Of a stretch of 24,703 bases of DNA, positions 17,480 to 24,703 are shown piece by piece. The stretch covers positions 1 through 24,703 of the forward strand of contig CAZQKL010000018.1 in NCBI GenBank assembly GCA_964593895.1, in the 5' to 3' direction. Both the position numbers and the translations under genes were made by a program. The DNA comes from an uncultured bacterium (GTDB lineage: Bacteria > DYJV01 > JALVYZ01). Within the stretch, counting starts at the first letter, position 1. The number at the start of each line of letters is the position of its first letter. The notes under the pieces are model-generated. The model was not told the DNA's origin, ran no database searches, and saw only the letters and a list, made by a program, of their open reading frames with translations.

Positions 17480-19160
17480 ATTTATAGTAAAACCTGAAGA
17501 TAAAAATTTGCAAAAAGAACTTTCAGAAAAATGTGGGATAACTCCAATTACCGCTCAAATCTTAATTAATCGCGGGTTATCAAATCCTGAAGATATATTA
17601 AAATTTCTTGATACAAGCTTTAATTCTTTAACACACCCTTTCAAAATGCTAAACCTTGAAAAAGCATCTGAAAGAATAGTAAAAGCAATAAAATTAAATG
17701 AAAAAATTGGAATTTTTGGTGATTATGATGTTGATGGTATTACTTCCACAGCACTACTTATAAATTTCTTTAATGAAATTGGATACAAAAATTATATCTG
17801 GCATCTTCCTACAAGAAAAGAGGGATATGGTTTAAATTGTGAAGTTATTAAAGAATTTCATAAAAATCATGTTAAGTTAATAATTACAGTTGATTGTGGC
17901 ATTCAGAATATAAAAGAGGTAGATTTTGCCAACTCTCTCTCCATTGATGTAATAATTACAGACCATCATGTTCCTGGAGAAAATCTTCCAAATGCATATG
18001 CTATAGTAAATCCAAAACAGAAAGATTGCAAATTCCCTTTCAAAGACCTTGCTGGAGTTGGAGTTGCATTTTATCTTTTAATGGGAGTAAGAATAAAACT
18101 GAGGCAATATTTAAATTTTTCAAATTTCAATCTTGCAAAATATCTTGACCTTGTTGCTATTGGAACTATTGCTGATATATCTCCATTGTTATACGAAAAC
18201 AGAGTGCTTGTTAAAAAGGGATTAAAACAGATTGAAAATTCAAACAATCTTGGGATAAAAGCTTTATCCCAACTTTGCCACATTAATAACAAATCAATAT
18301 CATATTGGGATGTGGGTTTTAAAATTGCACCAAGGTTAAATGCAGCTGGAAGAATAAGTTCTCCAGAAAAGGCATTAAATTTATTAATTACTAAGGAATA
18401 TTCAAAAGCTCTTCAAATCTCTGAATGGTTATGCAAGAATAATTATGAAAGGCAAAAAATTGAAGAAAAAATTCTTGATGAAGCAATAAGAATGATTGAA
18501 AATAATGGAAAACTTAAAAATAAACATAGCATTGTTTTATACTCAAATAACTGGCATGAGGGAGTTATTGGAATTGTTTCTGCAAAGCTTGTGGAAAAAT
18601 ATTATAAGCCTGTTATTTTAATAACTTTTAATGAGAATGGTATTGGAAAAGGTAGTGCAAGGAGTATTAAAGAACTTGATATTTTTAAAAGTATAAGTTT
18701 CTGCGAAGAATATTTAGAAACTTTTGGTGGTCATAAACTTGCAGCAGGACTTACGATAAAAAAGGAAAATGTTAATAACTTTATTGAAGCTTTTGATAAC
18801 ATTGTAAAAAGATTTACAACAAAAGAAAACTTTGTTAAAAAGATTTTTATTGATAAAATTTTAGATTTTAATGAAATTAACATGAGACTTGTGAAAGAAT
18901 TAAAAGAACTTTCTCCTTATGGTCCTGGAAATGAAGAGCCACTATTTCTAACTGAAGACATTCTTGTAACTGAAATAAAATCTATGGGATTAAACAATTT
19001 AAATCTAACTCTTGAAAAAAATAAAGTTGAATTTGAAGCAGTTGGATTTAATTTACTTGATAAAAACATTGAACTTGGAGATACAGTAAGACTAATTTAC
19101 ACCCCATTTATTGCAAACGACAGAATTAAGTTAAGAATAAAGGAAATTGAAAAAGTATGA
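17472..19160 (+). CDS. recJ: Single-stranded-DNA-specific 5'-3' exonuclease RecJ
   Basis: 562 aa; DHH motifs IFGDYDVDGITSTALL, ITVDCG, IITDHH; DHHA1 C-terminal region; 8-nt overlap with upstream cysteine desulfurase. Confidence 0.9.
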   Translation: MVKFIVKPEDKNLQKELSEKCGITPITAQILINRGLSNPEDILKFLDTSFNSLTHPFKMLNLEKASERIVKAIKLNEKIGIFGDYDVDGITSTALLINFFNEIGYKNYIWHLPTRKEGYGLNCEVIKEFHKNHVKLIITVDCGIQNIKEVDFANSLSIDVIITDHHVPGENLPNAYAIVNPKQKDCKFPFKDLAGVGVAFYLLMGVRIKLRQYLNFSNFNLAKYLDLVAIGTIADISPLLYENRVLVKKGLKQIENSNNLGIKALSQLCHINNKSISYWDVGFKIAPRLNAAGRISSPEKALNLLITKEYSKALQISEWLCKNNYERQKIEEKILDEAIRMIENNGKLKNKHSIVLYSNNWHEGVIGIVSAKLVEKYYKPVILITFNENGIGKGSARSIKELDIFKSISFCEEYLETFGGHKLAAGLTIKKENVNNFIEAFDNIVKRFTTKENFVKKIFIDKILDFNEINMRLVKELKELSPYGPGNEEPLFLTEDILVTEIKSMGLNNLNLTLEKNKVEFEAVGFNLLDKNIELGDTVRLIYTPFIANDRIKLRIKEIEKV

Positions 19161-20887
19161 AAAAAATAAAAATTTTGCCAGATAACATTATTAATCAGAT
19201 TTCTGCAGGAGAAATAATTGAAAGACCTGCCTCGGTAGTAAAAGAGCTAATTGAAAATTCTATTGATGCAAATTCCACATCAATTAAAGTTGAGATAAAA
19301 GATGGAGGGAAAAAATTAATTAAAGTAACAGATAATGGTGAAGGAATAGCAAGAGATGATTTATTTTTAGCATTTGAAAGACATGCAACAAGTAAGATAT
19401 CTGATGAAAAAGATTTAAATAAAATTTCTACTTTGGGATTTAGAGGTGAAGCTTTACCAAGTATTGCTTCTGTAAGTAAAATAAAAGCTCGTTCAAAAAC
19501 CATTAATCAAGAGACTGGTTATGAAATAATAATTGAAGGGGGAAATGTTAAAAAATTTTTTGAAGTTGCAATGAATGAAGGCTTCATAATTGAAGTTAAA
19601 GATTTATTTTATAACACTCCTGTTAGAAAAAAATTTTTAAAAAAAACAGAAACTGAACTTTTTTACATAGAAAATGTTCTAAAAAAATTCATTTTAATCT
19701 ATCCTGAAATTGAATTCACTTTTATAAATAATTTTAGAAAAAAATACTTTTTTCCAAAAGCAAAAAATTTACTTTCAAGAATTGAAGAAGTTTATAATGA
19801 AGAAATTTCATCAACCTTAATTCCATTTAAAGTTGAACATGAAGATATATTTATTGATGGATTTATTTCACCGCCTCATATAAACATCTCCACATCAAGA
19901 GAAATAAATCTATTTGTAAATAAAAGATTTATTAAAGATAGATTAATTTTGTCTGCTATCAAAGATGCTTATTCAAGTAAAATACCTCAAGGTAAGTACC
20001 CATATGTAATTTTAAATATCAATATTCCACATGATAAAGTTGATGTTAATGTGCATCCTACTAAAATAGAAGTTAAATTTGCAGAGCCTCAAAAGATATA
20101 TTCTGTAATTAAAAATTCAATTTCTATGCTTTTTGCTGAAAATGTTTATTATAAAGTTAAGGAGGAAACAGAAAAGAAATTTAACCCATTTGATAATATT
20201 AAAAGTTTTCTTGTTGATATTATTGGAAAAAAAGAAGAAGAAAAGGCTTTTAAAGAAGAGCAAGAGGAAATAAATTTTGAAGATAATTTCCAAGAAGAAA
20301 AAGGATTTTTTTCTAAAATGAAAATTATTGGAAGCTTATTTTCATCAATAATAATTCTTGAAGATGGAGAAAAAGCATATTTTATTGACCAGCATGCTGC
20401 CCATGAAAGAATAAATTTTGAAAAATTAAAAAAGCAGATTAAAGAAAATAGAGTTGAAATAAAAAAATTCTTAATTCCTGACATTATTGAACTTTCTGAA
20501 AAGTATAAAAATCTATTAAATGAATATCTTGAAGCCTTTAAAGAAGTTGGATTTATAATTGAAAAATTAGATGAAAAAACATTTGTTTTAAAAGGAATAC
20601 CTTCAATTTTAGAGGATATTGACTACAGAGATTTTATTATTTCATCAATTGATGAAATTTTACTTTCTGGAAAAACTTCAACTATTGAAAATTTAAAGGA
20701 CAAAATTTTATCCTCTATTGCATGCAAATCTTCAATTACTGCAAATACCTATCTTGATATAAATTTTATTAAAAAATTCTTAAAAGAACTTGATAACACT
20801 CCAAACAATCTCACATGTCCTCACGGAAGACCAATTATTAAAGAAATCCCAAAAGAAGAAATATATAAATGGTTCAAAAGATTATAA
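19157..20887 (+). CDS. mutL: DNA mismatch repair protein MutL (endonuclease-proficient type)
   Basis: 576 aa; GHKL ATPase N-terminus ILPDNIINQISAGEIIERPASVVKELIENSIDA...DNGEGI; C-terminal endonuclease motif DQHAAHERI (20387-20413) and CPHGRP; ATGA overlap with recJ. Confidence 0.92.
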   Translation: MKKIKILPDNIINQISAGEIIERPASVVKELIENSIDANSTSIKVEIKDGGKKLIKVTDNGEGIARDDLFLAFERHATSKISDEKDLNKISTLGFRGEALPSIASVSKIKARSKTINQETGYEIIIEGGNVKKFFEVAMNEGFIIEVKDLFYNTPVRKKFLKKTETELFYIENVLKKFILIYPEIEFTFINNFRKKYFFPKAKNLLSRIEEVYNEEISSTLIPFKVEHEDIFIDGFISPPHINISTSREINLFVNKRFIKDRLILSAIKDAYSSKIPQGKYPYVILNINIPHDKVDVNVHPTKIEVKFAEPQKIYSVIKNSISMLFAENVYYKVKEETEKKFNPFDNIKSFLVDIIGKKEEEKAFKEEQEEINFEDNFQEEKGFFSKMKIIGSLFSSIIILEDGEKAYFIDQHAAHERINFEKLKKQIKENRVEIKKFLIPDIIELSEKYKNLLNEYLEAFKEVGFIIEKLDEKTFVLKGIPSILEDIDYRDFIISSIDEILLSGKTSTIENLKDKILSSIACKSSITANTYLDINFIKKFLKELDNTPNNLTCPHGRPIIKEIPKEEIYKWFKRL

Positions 20888-21321
20888 TTTTTTTTGTAAC
20901 AGCCTCTTATGTTGGATATATAAAGTATGCTCCAGGAACGTTTGGAACAATTATTGCAGTTCCAATTTCAATTTTTCTCAATAAATTTCTATCATCAACA
21001 ACTTATCTTAGTTTAATCATATTTTTAATTTTTTCCTCAAGTTACATTTGCTACTATTATGAAAAAATCACAAATAAAAAAGACCCTTCAGAAATTGTTT
21101 TAGATGAAATTATCGGATTTTTAATAGCAAGTTTTAAGATAAAAATTGCTTTTTTACCTTACTTTATTTCTTTTATCTTGTTTAGATTTTTTGACATAAC
21201 AAAAATTTTTTTTATAAAAAGAGTTGAAGAAAAATTACCTCAGGGTATAAGTGTTGTAATTGATGATTGTTTAGCAGGAATTTATACCTTAATAATAATT
21301 AAACTCATTTTTTGGAGTTAA
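20869..21321 (+). CDS. pgpA: Phosphatidylglycerophosphatase A
   Basis: 150 aa; YAPGTFGT motif, PSEIVLDEIIGF, FRFFDITKIF...DDCLAGIY, hydrophobic; overlaps mutL 3' end by 19 nt. Confidence 0.65.
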   Translation: MVQKIIIFFVTASYVGYIKYAPGTFGTIIAVPISIFLNKFLSSTTYLSLIIFLIFSSSYICYYYEKITNKKDPSEIVLDEIIGFLIASFKIKIAFLPYFISFILFRFFDITKIFFIKRVEEKLPQGISVVIDDCLAGIYTLIIIKLIFWS

Positions 21322-21323
21322 AA

Positions 21324-21899
21324 ATGAAAGAAATTTTTAAAAATTCCATAGAAGTGAAAAAAAGAATTCTTGAAGATAAAAATCTTTGGATGACAATGGA
21401 AAAAGTTACAAATGAAATAATTACTGCAATAAAAAAAGGAAATAAAGTTATGACCATGGGAAATGGAGGAAGTTCAGCTGATGCCCAGCATTTTGCAGGC
21501 GAATTTGTAAATAGATTTTTAATTGATAGAGAACCACTTCCTGCAATTTCAATAACAACAGATAGTTCTGTTTTAACCTGTATTGGCAATGATTACTCTT
21601 TTGATTTAATCTTTGAAAAACAGGTAAAAGCAATTGCTAAAAAAGGAGATATTCTCTTTGGAATTTCAACAAGTGGAAATTCAGAAAATATCTTGAAAGG
21701 ATTTATTGCAGGTAAAAAAATTGGCACAATAAATGTTGGACTTTTAGGAAATGATGGGGGAAAAGCAAAAGATTTGGTTGATTATGCAATAATTGTAAAA
21801 GAAAAATCAACACCAAGAATTCAGGAAGTTCATATAACTTTAATCCATATCATATGTGAAATTGTTGAAAGAGAAATTTTTGTATTGCAAAAAACATAA
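21324..21899 (+). CDS. gmhA: D-sedoheptulose-7-phosphate isomerase (SIS domain)
   Basis: 192 aa from ATG 21324 (GGAG at 21314-21317; the track's 21312 start is a TTG inside the SD); GNGGSSADAQHFAGEFVNRF, PAISITTDSSVLTCIGNDYSFD..F.KQV, GISTSGNS, RIQEVHITLIHIICEIVE align closely with E. coli GmhA. Confidence 0.85.
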   Translation: MKEIFKNSIEVKKRILEDKNLWMTMEKVTNEIITAIKKGNKVMTMGNGGSSADAQHFAGEFVNRFLIDREPLPAISITTDSSVLTCIGNDYSFDLIFEKQVKAIAKKGDILFGISTSGNSENILKGFIAGKKIGTINVGLLGNDGGKAKDLVDYAIIVKEKSTPRIQEVHITLIHIICEIVEREIFVLQKT

Positions 21900-21947
21900 A
21901 ATTTGTGTTATTTATTCATCCCATTAATTTTAAAAGGAGTAAATTAA

Positions 21948-23093
21948 ATGTGCAGATTAGCTGCAATAGTATCAGAGGATTATTTTTCTCCATATGAAAA
22001 TATTCTGGCCCTTGAAACAATGAAAGAAGGTCATGATGGTTCAGGACTTGGGTTAATTTTAAGAGACCTTGGTGGAGTTTTTACAGAATTTAAGGAATAT
22101 CCAATTTTATCAACTATTACTACAAAAAAAGGATATGAAGTTTTAAAGGAATATCTTGATAAAAAAGGTTTTGAGATAAAATATGCATGGGAGCCACAAA
22201 AAAATTTAAAAAAATGGATGAAATTAACTCCAAGAGACCATTATAGAATTAAAGTTTTAGAATATCCAGATTATATGAAGGATAAGTCAGAAGAGGAGAA
22301 AGAAAAGTTTTTATTAAAAACAAGGCTTGAATTGAGAAAACTTGGAGAAAAAGATGAGTCAATTATTGTGTTTTCATTCTGGCCTGATACTATTACATTA
22401 AAAAAAGTTGGCGATCCAATGGAAATTGCTGAGTATTGGGGGCTTGATAAAATTGATTTAAAAGCAAAAATAATTTTTGCACAAGGCAGGCAAAATACAA
22501 ATTATGCAATTAATCTTTATGCATGTCATCCATTTTTTATTCAAGGATATTTTACAATGACAAATGGAGAAAATACAGCTTTTGTTCCAATAAGAGAATT
22601 TCTTATGAGCAGAAAATTTCCAGGATACATTGGTTATAATTCAGATAGTGAAGTTTTTGCTCATATTCTTCATTATACAAGGGAAATTTTAAGATATCCT
22701 TTAAAATATTACAAAGATGTTATAACTCCGATGATGTCTCATGAAATTGAGGATTCAAATAGGAAAGATATTGAGGTTATAAAATTGCTTCGTCAATCAT
22801 TGAGAATGCTTACAATTGATGGACCTAACTGTGTAATAGGTTGTGATAGAGACAACACTGTTTTTATGGTTCATGATACAAAAAAATTGAGACCAGGTGT
22901 TGTTGGAGGAGTAAAAGGAAAAATCGGTTTTTTTTCAGAAACATGCGCATTAAATTATCTTTTTCCAAATAGAGATACAACAAAAGATGTTTATCCTATG
23001 AAGTATGATTTTGTGTATGTTAAACCTGATGCAAAGGAGATAAAAATATGGAATCAAAAATTGGGTCAAACAACAACAATAACCCTTCATTAA
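21948..23093 (+). CDS. Class-II (Ntn) glutamine amidotransferase domain protein, archaeal-type glutamate synthase domain 1
   Basis: 381 aa beginning Met-Cys (MCRLAAIV...), as in Ntn amidotransferases whose catalytic Cys1 is exposed by Met removal; directly precedes and overlaps the glutamate-synthase FMN-domain ORF; AAGGAG SD 7 nt upstream. Confidence 0.6.
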   Translation: MCRLAAIVSEDYFSPYENILALETMKEGHDGSGLGLILRDLGGVFTEFKEYPILSTITTKKGYEVLKEYLDKKGFEIKYAWEPQKNLKKWMKLTPRDHYRIKVLEYPDYMKDKSEEEKEKFLLKTRLELRKLGEKDESIIVFSFWPDTITLKKVGDPMEIAEYWGLDKIDLKAKIIFAQGRQNTNYAINLYACHPFFIQGYFTMTNGENTAFVPIREFLMSRKFPGYIGYNSDSEVFAHILHYTREILRYPLKYYKDVITPMMSHEIEDSNRKDIEVIKLLRQSLRMLTIDGPNCVIGCDRDNTVFMVHDTKKLRPGVVGGVKGKIGFFSETCALNYLFPNRDTTKDVYPMKYDFVYVKPDAKEIKIWNQKLGQTTTITLH

Positions 23094-24703
23094 TGGATTT
23101 TCCATACATAATTAGATGGAATGAAAATAAATGCACTCGCTGTGGAAGATGTACTGCAGTATGTCCAACAAAAGCAATTGAGCCAGCAGTATTTGTAAAA
23201 AGGCTTATAGAAAGTGAAGGTCCATTTCCAGCACCTTCTCTTGTAAGGAAAGTTTATCATGGAATTAGGCAGGTAAATGACCCTGAAAGGTATTGCACTG
23301 GTTGCGCAATGTGCACTGAAGTCTGTCCAAATGGAGCAATTTATCCTGAATACAATCCTGCAAATAAATTTTTATTTCATAAAAATAGAGGAGGAGTTCC
23401 ATATAAAAGAGGTGGTAGGAGAAATGACCCATCTCCTTCAACACTTGATAGATTAAAATTTACAAGAATTTCAATGTTAACAGACCCTGCTCTTGATGCT
23501 CAAAGACATGAATTTAACATTGTTACTCTTCTTGGGAGAATAATGCCTCCAGAAGAACTTCCTTTAAAAGTAGAGGGTGATGATTTAATTTATGAAGGAA
23601 CAGATTATATCCCACCTGTAAGAGAAATTTTTCCAATCATGATTGGTTCAATGTCAATTGGAGCTCTATCTCCAAGAATGTGGGAAGGTTTAATGCTTGG
23701 AGTTGCATATCTTAATGAAGTTGAAAAAATTCCAGTTGTTATGTGTTCTGGTGAAGGTGGTGTGCCACCAAGACTTTTAAAATCAAGATTTGTTAAATAT
23801 TTAATAATTCAAATTGCCTCAGGATATTTTGGCTGGGATGAGATAATTCATACAATACCAAAAATGAAAGAAGACCCATGTGCGATTGAAATAAAGTATG
23901 GACAGGGTGCAAAGCCTGGTGATGGTGGTCTTTTAATGGCTCCAAAGGTTTTACCACATATAGCAAAAATAAGAGGAGTTCCTCCTTATGTAGATCTGCC
24001 AAGTCCACCAACTCATCAAACTAAATATTCAATTGAAGAATCTGTTATGAAAATGATTACCTCTATGAGTATGGCTTTTGGTTTTAGAGTTCCTGTTTTT
24101 CCAAAAATATCTGGAACAAAAACAGCTCTTGCGGTTTTAAATAATCTTGTAAGAAATCCTTTTGCATCTGCATTATCAATTGATGGAGAAGATGGTGGCA
24201 CTGGTGCAGCATATAATGTTTCTCTTGATAAAATGGGACACCCAATAGCTTCAAATATAAGAGATTGTTATTTTGAACTTGTCAAACATGGAAAACAGAA
24301 TGAAATTCCATTAATTGCTGCAGGAGGTGTTGGAAAAACTGGTAATCTTGCTGCAAATACTGCTGCATTAATTATGCTTGGAGCAAGTGCTGTAAGCATT
24401 GGAAAATACATTATGCAGGCTGCAGCAGGCTGTTTAGGTGATGAAAGAAATAGATGTAATATTTGCAATATTGGAAAATGTCCAAAAGGGATTACAACTC
24501 AAAATCCTAAATTATATAAAAGACTTGATGTTGATAAAGTTGCTGAAAGGGTTGTTGATGTTTTTAAATCTGCAAATATGGAATTAAAGAAAATTATGGC
24601 ACCTATGGGAAGAAGCACACAATTACCTATTGGTATGAGCGATGGTTTAAGTGCAGATGATAAAGCAATTGCTGATAGATTAAAAATTGATTATGCTTGT
24701 TAA
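23048..24703 (+). CDS. Archaeal-type glutamate synthase subunit: N-terminal 2x[4Fe-4S] ferredoxin plus GltS FMN-binding (domain 2)
   Basis: 551 aa; two CxxCxxCxxxCP motifs (CTRCGRCTAVCP, CTGCAMCTEVCP); then GSMSIGALSPRMWEGL...CSGEGG, IKYGQGAKPGDGGLLMAPKV...VDLPSPPTHQTKYSIEE, AAGGVGKTGNLAANTAALIMLGASAVSIG matching the GltB FMN/(beta/alpha)8 domain signatures. Start ambiguous: 23048 (AAGGAG SD, 8-nt spacing) or 23093 (TAATG coupling to upstream ORF). Confidence 0.8.
   Translation: MESKIGSNNNNNPSLMDFPYIIRWNENKCTRCGRCTAVCPTKAIEPAVFVKRLIESEGPFPAPSLVRKVYHGIRQVNDPERYCTGCAMCTEVCPNGAIYPEYNPANKFLFHKNRGGVPYKRGGRRNDPSPSTLDRLKFTRISMLTDPALDAQRHEFNIVTLLGRIMPPEELPLKVEGDDLIYEGTDYIPPVREIFPIMIGSMSIGALSPRMWEGLMLGVAYLNEVEKIPVVMCSGEGGVPPRLLKSRFVKYLIIQIASGYFGWDEIIHTIPKMKEDPCAIEIKYGQGAKPGDGGLLMAPKVLPHIAKIRGVPPYVDLPSPPTHQTKYSIEESVMKMITSMSMAFGFRVPVFPKISGTKTALAVLNNLVRNPFASALSIDGEDGGTGAAYNVSLDKMGHPIASNIRDCYFELVKHGKQNEIPLIAAGGVGKTGNLAANTAALIMLGASAVSIGKYIMQAAAGCLGDERNRCNICNIGKCPKGITTQNPKLYKRLDVDKVAERVVDVFKSANMELKKIMAPMGRSTQLPIGMSDGLSADDKAIADRLKIDYAC

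Noticed and set aside
21312-21323. Track start of gmhA at 21312 (MELKM...)
   Set aside because: That start is a TTG lying inside the GGAG Shine-Dalgarno; ATG at 21324 with a 6-nt spacing gives an N-terminus matching GmhA homologues.
16299-21633. Short ORFs 16299-16487(-), 18071-18292(-), 19195-19503(-), 20149-20484(-), 20790-20984(+), 21305-21589(-), 21448-21633(-)
   Set aside because: Nested in or antisense to murA/nifS/recJ/mutL/pgpA/gmhA; the 20790-20984 frame is superseded by the pgpA call at 20869.
23793-24468. Three minus-strand ORFs inside the glutamate synthase FMN-domain gene
   Set aside because: Antisense to a gene with unambiguous GltB signatures.
1-24703. Searched by eye for CRISPR repeats, tRNA-like cloverleaf regions, IS terminal inverted repeats, integrase/transposase ORFs
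   Set aside because: No regularly spaced direct repeats, no non-coding stretch longer than 77 bp, and every substantial ORF is accounted for by a housekeeping or sensor function; nothing supports a mobile element or CRISPR locus.

Overview
This is a very AT-rich (~28% GC), extremely gene-dense bacterial chromosomal window. Two long operon-like gene strings diverge from a 77-bp intergenic region at ~7330-7406.

Leftward (minus strand), seven abutting or overlapping genes: a 90-aa hypothetical; a short MetE-like methyltransferase; ComEC with a degenerate metallo-beta-lactamase (MBL) domain; the DHH phosphoesterase NrnA; alanine racemase; a class-I aminotransferase; and a receiver(REC)-GGDEF response regulator that runs off the window edge.

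Rightward (plus strand), fourteen genes: a PAS-domain protein with a Cys4 insert and a degenerate kinase-like C-terminus; rpsO; pnp; an SPFH/band-7 membrane protein; queA; clpA; murA; a NifS/IscS-type cysteine desulfurase; recJ; mutL; pgpA; gmhA; and two adjacent ORFs encoding an archaeal-type split glutamate synthase (an amidotransferase domain, then a 2x[4Fe-4S]-ferredoxin plus FMN domain).

I see no tRNA or rRNA genes, CRISPR arrays, IS elements or integrases. Most of the window is ordinary housekeeping. The points worth a second look:
- the PAS-Cys4 pseudokinase at the divergent promoter;
- the split glutamate synthase;
- the core-MetE-like gene with its small partner;
- ComEC with a mutated nuclease motif;
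- a perfect palindrome that forms the entire rpsO-pnp spacer;
- extended -10 motifs placed where they would give leaderless mRNAs for operon-leading genes that lack Shine-Dalgarno (SD) sequences.

Presence of gmhA, pgpA and clpA suggests a diderm bacterium. Lineage cannot be fixed from the sequence alone.
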